64,000 bases of DNA from Neophaeotheca triangularis. Lineage: Eukaryota. The notes beneath the pieces were generated by a model, which saw only the letters and a program-made list of their open reading frames with translations, did not search any database and was not told where the DNA came from. The DNA lies in assembly GCA_054600435.1 (NCBI GenBank), contig BAAIJX010000002.1, positions 186,001 to 250,000 of the forward strand. Reading direction: 5' to 3'. This document shows positions 25,865 through 36,905 of the stretch, one piece after another; the first letter of the stretch is position 1; the number at the start of each line of letters is the position of its first letter. The position numbers were made by a program, and so were the translations under genes.

Positions 25865-26264
25865 GGTTTCGGTATCGGTTGTTGTTTCGAATGGGGTATG
25901 TGGTTGAGGGTGTTGGAGAAGGTGTTGGAGAAGAGAGATCTGGTGCGATCCTGCTGGTGGATATACTTTAGCGGAATGTTGTTACTATACATGTAATACG
26001 TGCTATCCTGTCTCAGTGACAGAGCAGCTTTTTCCGCTCAGTCAAACTCAAACTACTTGCTAGATATAATTCGCGGTTAAGACTTTCGATCGCAGCTCGC
26101 AGCCTATCAAGGAAGATCGAACAAACCGAACTAGATCGACATCTGGTCACCATCACAAGATCCTGATCGACCAAGATCCATCCCATCACCTCTCGACCTC
26201 ACAATCGCCTTTTCATCGAATCGCACTGCCACCACCAACCTCCTGCTCAAGCAAACTCCCCCCT

Positions 26265-26995
26265 TCAAACCCTCTTCCTCCCCTTTCCCTTCACCCCATC
26301 CACCCCTTTCATCCCCACAGTCATAGCCGCAACCCCAAGCACCGCAAAGAAAGCACACCCATAGACTCCCACGTCCATAGCCCGGTTATGATGGCTCGGC
26401 AAGCTCCAATGCTGGTAAGCGCCGTAACCAGTCGTCACGTGATGGAAGATAGTCGCCAGAATAGCCGCTTTAGCGTAGGGAGCTTTGACGCCGGGGGAGT
26501 TGGAGGAGTGTTGTTGGGATGAAAGAAAAGCGGGGAGTGGGACGGTGCCGGAAAGGATTAGAAGCATCAGGGCGATGGTAAAGAGGCCCCAGGCGTCGGT
26601 CCAGATGTTGTAGAGTTCGAGGTCTGCATTGGGACGGAGGTTAGTATGGGCACTTTTGCAGCCGAAATATGACTGCCGAGAGCGAAGTGCGCTGGTGATC
26701 ACGGTTTGGTAAGTAAGGTTAGAGACATTCGTACCATTGGGTTTAGCAGGCGATTGAGATGGCGGCCTGAACCAGTCGGCGACCATTACCGGGTCGTAAA
26801 TGCGTGCGGCACCTCGGAGGGAGTACCAGAAGGCGGTACCTAGTTCATCGTCAATTCGTCGTCTTTTCATATAGCATTTGACTTTTCGTGGGCACACCAA
26901 ATACATAAGCGTGGAAGATCTGTATGTAGCATTGGATGTTAGTTGCTGAAGCCAAGAGCTGTTGATTCCGCGGGACTTACATCTACGAGTGGCAT
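26265..26995 (-). CDS. Small multi-pass membrane protein, function unknown
   Basis: Four exons reconstructed: MPLVD/IFHAYVFG/TAFWYSLRG..WFRPP../DLELYNIWTDAWGL...; several hydrophobic helices; canonical splice sites. Confidence 0.7.
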
Positions 26996-28473
26996 TTTGC
27001 TGATACTATTTGTTTGCAATACTCAATACTGAAAAGGCAATCACGAGGGGCGAAGAACAATCGAGACTCTTGAGTAGCAAGAAGTGTACTCTCTTATGTA
27101 CGTGTCGTCTCAAGAGTTGGCAGCCGAGAGGTCCGTCAGCATTTCATGGGGGTCCATGTGAAGTTGAAGCTGTTGCGTCATGGCTCGAACCGGGCACTAC
27201 AGCGCGTCACTGCATTTAAATACCTAGGTAGAACAGGCACAGCTGCATATTCAGCATAGATAGTGCAGCTGCGATCCTCCATGATGCTACCCGAATGCAT
27301 GTACACAACGATAGATTGGACGGTCTGATCAATGATGCCCGCGCATACCCTGCTCCTTCTCGGCCTTGTTATGCTCGTTTTGACCGGCGCTCAGTTGCTG
27401 GAAACAGCAGGCTGTTGAGTCGGAAGGATATCGCTAGTGAGAGCGTAGTAGAGGTTGTTCGTAGTGCCCGACAAGCCGAGTAGGAGCCGGATACCATGGT
27501 TGACGCGCATTTTGAACTCATCTATGAGGAACTTCTTGCCGTCCTGGACCTTTTCTACCGTCTCCACCGCAATTCCAGCCGCTAAGCTGACTTGACGGAT
27601 GGCGACATGAAGTTTGGTTCTATACCTCCGTCACGCGACAGTGACTTTTTGCATAGCTCTATGGGCGTATGCCTGAGGCACCAATGATTCTGCACCTTAG
27701 TATCCCGTCCCCTCCACCACAATCTTACGAGTGTCTCACATGACTATTATCAGAAGCTCCTCTCTTCAACTGCGAGGATTTTTCACATAGTTATCCCATT
27801 GAACGTGCCCAAGATAAGCGCCTGAGCAATTGATAACAGCTTGATATAAGTTGCGACTGGCATCTTGTGTGAATTTTACTTGCGCAAGCACGTACCCAGT
27901 ACTTCTGTAATTACTATTTCGGTTAGTGCTTGATCTACTCGGACTTGCGTTTCAACTTCATCCCGTCGCGTTTATCGATGAACTTCATACATGGCATATT
28001 GCGCGTCGTAAGAAAGTATAGGTAGCTAATCGAGGTCGAGATTAACAAGCAAATTACGAAGGGGGGTTTCCTAACTTTGTCGGGTAATTCAAGCTACGAG
28101 ATTGTATGTAAACGTATAATGCTTTAAGTGTTATGTCGAAGGGATTCTCGCTAGTAAATGATTTGTTAAACGATAACGACTTATTCAGAACGAGGCTAGC
28201 TAACGAGGGATAGGTCCGTAAGCGAGACCGGCCCTTATTGTATGAATGGTATACTGGAGCTCTCGTTGCGTACGGCGTATAGCACTAAGTATGTAGGAAA
28301 TTTCTAGAACTCGTAGAAAAAGTCGGACACTTGGCTTAGAAGACAAAACCCGTAGAAAGCGCGACAATGGGGACACCGTTCTTTCTTCCTAAGGTAGGAA
28401 TCGCATTGAAAGAGCTTACCTAATGGCGCTAATAGCTTGCACTTTCAACGCGTTTCTATACAACCTTAGAACT

Positions 28474-28910
28474 TTACGACTTCTTCCCTCTCCTTCTTTT
28501 CCGAAACTATAGCTCCTTCACTACCTTACTAGATTATACTACGGCCTTTTCCTATACTTTATCAAAGATTACGGCTTCTTCTCTCTTTCTCTTTTATGAA
28601 ACTATATCTCCTTCACTACCCCTAGTGTACTATTACTATAAATTTCTCTTTATACTTCACTAAAGGATTACGACTTCTTTACTCTCTCCCTTCACTACCT
28701 CGCTATATTACCGTTACTACGACTTTCTCTCTATACTTCACTAAAAGGTTATAACTTCTTTACTCTCTCCCTTCATTACCTCGCTATATTACCGTTACTA
28801 TAACTTTCTCTCTATACTTCATTAAAAGATTATAACTTCTTTACCCTCTCACTTTACTACCTCGCTATATTACCGTCACTACGGCTTTCACCCTACACTT
28901 CACTAAGAGA
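28474..28910. repeat. AT-rich RIP-like tandem repeat (units of 95, 99, 81, 81, 81 bp)
   Basis: Units start at 28474, 28569, 28668, 28749 and 28830; copies differ mainly by C/T and G/A transitions. Confidence 0.85.
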
Positions 28911-29040
28911 CTTTACTAGACTAGCAAAGCCAGGGCCGTCATGCTCTCTAATCTAGGAGGTAGCCCTACGGATAACGTCGAAGAAAACTCCAAGGTTGTC
29001 TAAGCTGTAGACCTTCCGGAAAAGCTGGCTCTCAACGATC

Positions 29041-30083
29041 CGGCCTACCTGTATCACGAGTTTACAGATCCGATTTCGGGGCTTCAATAAGCACCTCCAG
29101 GTCATCGTCATCGCGGGAGATCCGAAACAAGGGCCCAAGGCGAGCCGATTGTGACCTCCAGGGGCCAGAATGAGTTCTCGGAGATCCTGCGCCACTCACT
29201 TTTCAACATGGTTAGCAAAGATGCGACGCGCAAGGATGAGATTGTTCAGTTGAAGACGCAGTACCGCATGCACCCAGACATAGGAGATGCAGTTTCTCGG
29301 ATTGTCTACAACGGCGCATTGGTGCATTCCGATAGCACGCGACAAGTTGATCCTTACTGGCTTTCCGCAGCGCATTGGCTGAAGAGCCTTGGTCCGGCCT
29401 GGAACCAACGTCGCCGCATTGGCGTAGATGTGAGCAACCCCCTCCAGGGCAGCTCAGTCTTTGAGAACACCACCTCGATGCAGAACACAGAGGAAGCGCG
29501 CTTGGTTGCCGAGCTTATCAGAGCTGCGCTGAACCACACCATTCCGGCCGAAGACGAGGCCTCAAGCGTGGCCAAGCCATTGAGGCCTAAAGACTTCCTT
29601 GTGGTGACACCATACCAAGGCCAGAAGGTCTTGATCGAGCAGAACCTCATCCAGAATGGTGTCAACAAGCATGGCCAGAAGCATGTACGCCTGCATACTT
29701 TCCGTACAGCCCAAGGTGATGAGTCGAGGTTCGTGGTACTTTCGATGGTCAAAAACATCACCGGAAAGCCCACTTCCTTGTCCTTCATCCAGGACAAAGA
29801 AGCTTTGAACCTCGCCATGTCTCGTGCAAAGCAATGCCTGTTTGTGGTTGGGAACATCAGGAGCTGGGTCCAAGCAAGCGTCGACGGTGCCACCAAGTTT
29901 ACCAAGAAGAGCTATGGTCAGTACGTCTTTGGCCAGTTCTTTGCCGACATGCACGCCAAAGGCGATATCGTGTCTAACCACGACTTCTCCGCCTTCGTGA
30001 GTGAGGGAAAGACTCCCGCGGCAGCGGAGTTTCCAACTCTTATCACCACCCCGGCGAAACTCTCCCTACCAAAACGACGTTAG
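29041..30083 (+). pseudogene. 5'-truncated, frameshifted SF1 (Upf1/DNA2/NAM7-like) helicase
   Basis: GDPKQ (motif III) is out of frame with QYRMHPDI, VTPYQGQ, AQGDE and LNLAMSRAK; no Walker A/B found upstream. Confidence 0.75.
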
Positions 30084-30334
30084 CAAGGCAGGGCGGGGGG
30101 GAAGGGAGGGGGGTGATTCGGGGGGGTGAGGGGGGGTGGAAGGGAAGCATGTACCTCTGAATGGCCACCGGGAGGCGCCTAGCTGCTGAGCTGGGAAGTA
30201 CTGGGACCACCCTGCGCAGCGCCAGTCAGCGGCAGGAGTAACCAACCGGGTGGTGGGGCGCCAAAGAATAAAATGACGCTTCATGGTTGGTTGTTTGGTT
30301 GGGGTGAAGGTAGTTCGAGGGAGTGGTGCCGGGA

Positions 30335-30535
30335 GAGGGCATTTGAGGAAGAGGAAGATCAGGGCTCCTAGAAACAAAGCCTGGGGGATCTGACATGCGA
30401 GCGGTATGCGCCATTCGCGGTTGTCGCCAGTGCCGACCCAGTTCATTTAGCATCCGCAGTCTATCCAGGAAGTATCTAATGACAACATAAAAAGTGCTAC
30501 CGCGAGATGGATGATGTAGCTCGACATGTACTGCG
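30335..30535 (-). pseudogene. MFS sugar-porter gene fragment
   Basis: YMS/ELHHPSRG and EWRIPLACQIPQALFLGALIFLF resemble sugar-porter TM4-TM6; contains a stop and a frameshift. Confidence 0.6.
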
Positions 30536-30567
30536 TGCCGTCGTAGCCGCCTGAGCACATCTTAAGC

Positions 30568-31807
30568 TTAAGCCCACTTCCCCAACAACGCCATCAACCC
30601 AGCTCCCAAACACATGACGCCAAAAGCGGCCAGAATCTCCCGCATGGGCGCCCGCTGCATATACCCGGAAAACATAAACTCATGCGCCATCAACTCCACC
30701 AAACCCGTATAGATCAGAATCCCGGCGGAAATGGAATCGAAAACGCCATTAGTAATGAGCGTCGTCTCGCTACCAGGAGGATAGCTCTGCCTCACTCCCA
30801 AGCCAATGGCGATGGCGATGGGCGTGGATATCGCGTACCCGGCGCCCAGCAGATAAGGCGTCCAACGCTTGCTCTTGTCCCAAGGGACTGCCGCTAGACG
30901 AGTGCCGAGCGCCAGACCCTCGAAGGATTGGTGGAAGACGAGCACAATGTACAAGGTTGTGAATTCCTCGCCGGCGACGGCGAGGGTCAGGCCGATGAAG
31001 ATGCTGTGGAAGATGACGCCGAATTCGAGGATGAAGACTGCGGTTAGCTGGGCCGAGTAGGATTCGGGCTGGCCCAAGGGCGTGTTGATGTCGTGGTCGT
31101 TGTTGGTGGGTTTGCGGTCAAGGTTCCTGGGCAAGGGGGTGCTCCAGGCGGATTTGACGGCTTCGTTGTCGGTGTGGGATTTTTGGTGCGAGAGGTGGTC
31201 ATCGCCTGGGACGTGGGAGGAGGTGCGGCGCTGTGACATGGGGATCTGGGGGTTGTCCGAGTAGGTTTTGTCCATGCCGTTGTGGGAGCCGGTGGAGCTT
31301 TGGCCATCTTCTTCGTCGTGGGAGTGGTCGCCGCCGAATTTGGCGTACCGCGTGACAAGAAGTTCGACAAAGAAGAGAACGAAGATTGTCATGAGCGAGA
31401 TTGCTTCGACCCATGGGTATTCGGTGATTGGTCCCGTGAGGCATTCATCGCCGAGTGCTTCTTGTGCTGGAGCTAGGAGCTGTGTGATGCGGTGAGAGAG
31501 TGCAATTTTGAGGTGTTTTTACCAGTATGTGCTTACGTGGATAAAGGCCGTGGCGACGATGACACCGGAGCCAAAGTACTTTGCGATGAAGAAGGCCCAC
31601 TCGGGCACACCGGCTCCTTTGTGCCTACTGGCGAAAACGGGGAACCATGCACCTGCAGGAAGACGAGTCAGTGATCAAGCCCGTTAATGTGAATCGAGTC
31701 GACGATGAGAGCATACCCAAGGCCGCACCCAGACCAATGACGAAGATTGATGAGATTCGGAGTCCAATGCGACCGTCAAATTCATTGCTCGTATCGCAGG
31801 TTGACAT
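30568..31807 (-). CDS. ZIP family zinc transporter (Zrt1/Zrt2/ZrfB-like)
   Basis: LRISSIFVI, KYFGSGVIVATAFIH, ILEFGVIFHSIFIGLTL, FHQSFEGLALG, ALLGKWA; introns 31653-31716 and 31480-31536. Confidence 0.93.
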
Positions 31808-32261
31808 ATTGTAATGGGGAGCTTGGAGCCAAGAAGGCAAAGGCTTGTCGGCGGCGATATGCACCTTTTTCAAAGACAAGCTCTAGGGCTATTTTTTGGC
31901 GAGAGTGAGCGGAAGTCTTGTCCAGCCTTTAAGCAATACCTTAACGAAAGTAGGTAGGTAAGGTAGCTAGCTTACCGTATCTAGGTGGGAAAATATCACA
32001 CTCAACTGTCGCAATACTATGTACTTACTCGTGTACGTATCTTTCAAAGATCAAGATTCTTTTTGCGTGGTGCGATTCGCATTTTGCCTGCCCATCAAGG
32101 TGTTTGAACTTTGTTCAGGAAGACCGGGCTACCGGGTTCTCGTCGATTGGCTGTAAAGAGAACCCCGCTAGTAGCTGGACTTGCCCGCGGCTCTTCTCGG
32201 CTCAAAGTAGGTTACCTTACTACAACAACACCAACCAGCATAGCAACACGGGCCTCTCACC

Positions 32262-33455
32262 ATGCCGGCTTCACGTAACGAATCTCAGTATACCTCCTCG
32301 TCTTCGCCAGTCGCCACATCCTCCCCGTCCACCAGTACCGCCCCCGTCCCCAAACGAACAAACACCCAAAGCTCCCGCAAAGAAACCCCCCAGTCCGCCA
32401 CGTCCTCCACCAAACCCCAACGCCTACCCGCGCCCTCCCTCTTCGTAGGCCCCCCAAGCCACAATGCCTCCAACCTCTCCATCTCCCGCCCGGATACCGA
32501 CCGTCCCAAAACCGGCACCAGCGCCCCTGCCACCACCCAAAACCAGAACTCTAGCAACCCCCAACCCCAAAACCGCCCCTCCCTCCCCACCCCAACCCTC
32601 TCAGCTTCCAAACTCAACGACCCCAACCTCCAAACCCGCCCAGACCCCGCGACCGGCCTCCCAGACCAACGCGCCCTAGATGCCGCGGGCGAGAGCTTAC
32701 AAGCCGAGCGCCGCAAACAGCGCGGCGAGCACCCGGACGGTCTACGCAGGCCCAGCGACAAGAGCATCGACACCAAGTGGCGGGAGATGCAGAACAGTCT
32801 CAACGAAGTCGAACTAACCGCCCAGTCTTCCACTAATGTCTTTGGAGCTTCGCACGCCGCGGCGCTAGACGAGTTGCGGAGAGCGCAGGTGGAGCTTGCG
32901 AGGGCGTGGGGGAGGGGGAATGAGGATCGCGCTGCGAATGTTGTTGGTGGTGGTGGTGGGGAGGGCACAGATGAGAAGAATGTTGGGCGGTTTGCCGGGG
33001 CCGATGAGATTGCCGGCGATAGAGTGGATGTCGCGAATAAGAAATCTGGGGCAGGCAGGGAGAGGACGGATACGCAGACGAGTGCGGCGACGGCGAGTAC
33101 GACTCTTAGTGACGAGGAGGCTTCGACAGCGAGTCCGCAGAGTAAGGGGAAGGGGAAGGACGGGGTGAGCAAAACCGCGTTGGAGGATGAGACGGCGCAT
33201 GATATTAAGCTGGCGAGTGAGCGCCGGGCTGCGAATGATAGGTATTTCAACAAGGTGGATATGGCGGTTAAGGACGTTGTCACTAAGTTGGAGGGGGTGG
33301 CGGAGGCTATGAGGGGGGTTGAGGGGGAAAGTCGCAGTCTTTGGAGTGGTAGTAGCGGGAGTAGTGGGGCGACTGCTGAAACTTATAGGAGGGCGAGTGG
33401 GAACGAGAGCGTTAAGACGGCTGGGCAGAGTGAGAGTGTCGCCAATACTGGGTGA
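32262..33455 (+). CDS. Disordered/coiled-coil fungal protein, function unknown
   Basis: 397-aa ORF with helical blocks WREMQNSLNEVEL..HAAALDELRRAQVELARAW and NDRYF..V..VVTKLEGVAEAM. Confidence 0.75.
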   Translation: MPASRNESQYTSSSSPVATSSPSTSTAPVPKRTNTQSSRKETPQSATSSTKPQRLPAPSLFVGPPSHNASNLSISRPDTDRPKTGTSAPATTQNQNSSNPQPQNRPSLPTPTLSASKLNDPNLQTRPDPATGLPDQRALDAAGESLQAERRKQRGEHPDGLRRPSDKSIDTKWREMQNSLNEVELTAQSSTNVFGASHAAALDELRRAQVELARAWGRGNEDRAANVVGGGGGEGTDEKNVGRFAGADEIAGDRVDVANKKSGAGRERTDTQTSAATASTTLSDEEASTASPQSKGKGKDGVSKTALEDETAHDIKLASERRAANDRYFNKVDMAVKDVVTKLEGVAEAMRGVEGESRSLWSGSSGSSGATAETYRRASGNESVKTAGQSESVANTG

Positions 33456-34896
33456 GAGAGTGGTGAGGGGCACATTTCGCCATTTCAGGCTGGACTTGTG
33501 TCTGCCAAACGTCAATGGGATTACGAAAGAGAAGCAAGTCAACGGGTGTCTACGAGTCAACATCGCACCCAAACTCTCAAAAGACCCATCACCAGACGAC
33601 TTCTACTCAAAAAGATGCTCCCTTGGCGGTAGCCTAAAAAAGACGAGCACCAATCTAGCTAGCCGCCCCAGTCCAAGGCACTGTAAGACGTCGTCAGGAT
33701 ATCTGGGATGCCCAAATCGCAGACGCTCCTAGCGCCGCGAAAGCTCCATCCTACCTTGTCTCGGGAGCTCGACAACCGACCAGGCCAGCGAGGCAGACCT
33801 GGGTTTCGTTATCAGCTTAATTTCTCTAGCGAAAGAGAAGAAGAAGAAGAAGAACGCGGGAGTCTGACCTCTATGCAAAGGTCTCGGGAATGGTGCTGGA
33901 TGGACAGGGAGAGCATTACTAGATGCGTATTCCCGATCTCACGAGTTCCGGAAAGTACTTCCATCGTTGGGAGAAAGGCGCACGACGGTTTCAAGCATAC
34001 TTTTCGAAGACCGCAGCCGCCCCCTTCGCCGGGCAGAATGTCTAGCGAGCGACGCTCGTGATCAGGCAGCCGTCGCTATCAAACATGCCGTTTTTCGCTT
34101 CCTTCGCCACAAACAAAATAGTGATACTATCGTAACCTCATGTAGTCTCAAAAAGGACCGGGACGCGAAATCACGTCCCCCAAGCCCATAGCCACCTTGA
34201 CATAAGCACTACCTCAACAGTGAGCCACCTTCCCACCTCCCGAGGTCTCCTCAACAGCAATTTCCCGCCAAAGCTCCAGGGTTCTCCTGCATGCCGGCCG
34301 GGTGGAAATGGCGCGGTGGAAACACCAGCTACGGCTCACTCCCGCAACCCCGTTTCCCTAACCGTCTCTTCAGGGTGCTTTGCCGCGAGGAACTATCGAC
34401 CTAGACTGCAAGCCGCGCATTAGAGGGAGAGCCTTTCGAAGTCACGCTCTTCTCAATAACCCTGTCTTGATGTGCCAACGTCGGGCAAGTGCAAAGCGGT
34501 TGTCCATGGTGCTTACTATCGTCGTGTCGAAACGACCGTTGTGGTTCGGCGATGCTTGCTTTCGATGATTGAATTTGATGGAGTGCCAACGTCGCTAGTT
34601 CTCCCGCCTTCTGTGTTCTGGTCGTATACTGCTTTTCTCTACTCTTAAGACTGGCGATTTTTTGCAGGTGATCTTCTCGTTCTATCCGGTTCTAGATTGT
34701 CTAGGAACGGTCAGCGGCACACGCGTAGCTGAATAGCTTGCGCAATCTCCATTGGTCGAGTAATAGTTACTCTAGAGCACATAATACTACTTCAAGAAAG
34801 ACTTACTTGTGTCAAGTGCATCCGAAAAAAAGAAAAGGTACATAGTTCTGCCGTTTAGGTGGCAGAAATGTTAGAGAAAATGGCAAAAAGAATTGG

Positions 34897-34984
34897 CTCT
34901 CCATCTGGGAATCGAACCCAGGTCTCCCGCGCTTGACAGTTGTGAAGTGACAAGCGGAAATCATGACCACTAGACCAATGAAGA
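34897..34984 (-). tRNA. tRNA-Asp (GUC) with 16-nt intron
   Basis: Acceptor stem TCTTCAT/ATGGAGA, D-arm GGTCTAGTGGTCATGATT, anticodon loop TTGTCA, T-arm CTGGG-TTCGATT-CCCAG, downstream T-run terminator. Confidence 0.95.
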
Positions 34985-35987
34985 TTTGAACAACTGGAGT
35001 TGCTCATTGGACTGTGAGGATTTTCTGAGCAAAATATTATATAAACTTTTGCAAAACACGCTTCGCCTAAGAGTGACGAATTTGCGGCAAGTCGCCTTTC
35101 GAAAGGACTTCAGCGCGGGCAGAACGCTAGAACAACGACCCTTCAACTCCCATGTACGAAAAGTCGTGAGCACAGAATTGAGCTAGCTGTAGGCAATGAA
35201 TGTTCTATACCTTCCCACTGCTCCGAGCCAATTCGTATTTCCAGCCTCTCGGTCACAAGAAGGCCTTCTTGCTTCTCAGCAACGATTCTAAGCAGCAGTC
35301 TCGAGTCTAATGGCGTTCTTCCAACTATAGTCAGGTCTCAAGTAAAAGAAGACTTTGAAGTTGCTGGAGATGCTTGTTCTCTGTCTAATTACCTCGAGTA
35401 TTTCATTCTCCCGGCAGCAGCTATCAAACTCTGATGCTACACGATACTTGCTCAGTAGGAAAGTGTAGGCCCCTTCGCTTGATGGTAATATATCACGCTT
35501 CAAAAAGCGGTGGGATAGTACAGGCCCGGTGCGTAAGAGGTAGATTATAGTAATTGTACATTGAGTAGTAGTCCCCATGGCTACAGAACGTACTGTGGCC
35601 GTGAAATCGAGATGGGAAATGGGACAAGGCTCGTATTCATAACGGCATCTTCTATATCATTCAGGACCGAGCTAACGTGAATGTGTCCCTCAGAGGTTAT
35701 CATGCTGCTTAGGACGAGGGCGAGATGAAGGCATCTTCACCCTAGCCGATTTTCCCTGGTTTGGCCGCGACTTGAGCTCATTGGCTTTTTCCTTGATGAG
35801 AGTTATCTCACTCTACCGTTGGACTGGGAAGGACCCTTACAAGAGCCGGCAGCTACGCGATCCATCATTCACCATTGAACACATAGTGAAAGTGCGGTCG
35901 TTGTAGTGCAAAGCCTGTATGATATTGCTTCAAGTGGAGTCCCTCTTATCCGACACGCGTTCATTCTGCTGAGTCTCTCAAGGCTTC

Positions 35988-36471
35988 TCAAGAAGTAGAC
36001 GTGACCCAAGCGGTCATGGCCTTGATGGCGTCTGCGTCGTGCGCGCGAAGGAGCTCGGTAGCCTTCGGTTTACTCAGATCAAGTTGCTCGCCCTGGATTC
36101 CATCAGTTCGTCGAACAACAGAGAATTTCTTTCATCCCATCTAGGAGAGAGGGAAAAATCTCAACACTCACGATCAACGTAATATCCGCGGCATCCACCT
36201 TGACCAGCGGCTTCTTGGGTGCCTCTTCTTTCTTTTTGCTGCTTTCCACCGCCATCGCTTTACCCTGGGGCTGCGTTCCCGTTTCCAAGTTCTTCATGGC
36301 CTCTTGCACAGCTTTCATATCCACATCCTTTTTCGGCTTTGTTTCGTCCTCTCCCCTGGTGTCGAGCGAGCTCATTGCTGCCGCTGCTTTGCGATCTTCA
36401 GCGTTGGCGGGCACAACATCAGGAGCGTCGGCACCTTCGGTGACGTTGGATGGTTGAGGTTCTTCGGCCAT
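35988..36471 (-). CDS. HYPK-like protein (C-terminal UBA-like domain)
   Basis: KVDAADITLI/GEQLDLSKPKATELLRAHDADAIKAM; intron 36093-36171. Confidence 0.82.
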
Positions 36472-36905
36472 GGTAGTGACTGTAAAATGACTGCCCTTTA
36501 CTTATTGAGTTTGTCTGCTGTATTGTTGGAGGATGATACCTAGGTACCTACTTTGCCTATGTACCTAGGTACTTTACCTTACTTTGCGGGAGCGGGAGCG
36601 GAGACGGGTCGGTCCGAGGCGATCGTAGTGTGCTCGGTTGAGTCAGATATGTTCAGACTTGTACATCATGAACAGGAGGCGAGTAAAACTGGAATGTTAC
36701 TACGTTACGTCGCATTGAACTAGAAAAAAAGAGGACTGCCACCAAACTAAAGCTGCGCATCCACCTTAAATCGAGGGTCACCGGCAGAAAGTCTTAATTC
36801 TTAATTCACCTTGGGTGGGGCAACCAAGGCCACAACAGTTAGCCTGCTAAATATTGAACTCGTACAGAGACAATACAATCAAAGTGGGAGAGAGGGAGTA
36901 GAACC

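Noticed and set aside
28474..28910. CRISPR-like array
   Set aside because: Eukaryotic context; whole units repeat with no unique spacers; no cas genes.
27000..30600. Intact transposon or Starship element
   Set aside because: No transposase, RT or tyrosine recombinase ORF, and no terminal repeats or target duplication identified.
32096..32101. ZafA-type CAAGGT upstream of the ZIP gene
   Set aside because: A single hexamer; plausible but not distinguishable from chance.
33460..35900. Short ORFs flanking the tRNA (e.g. 33708-34061, 35288-35578)
   Set aside because: No recognisable motifs or convincing gene structure.
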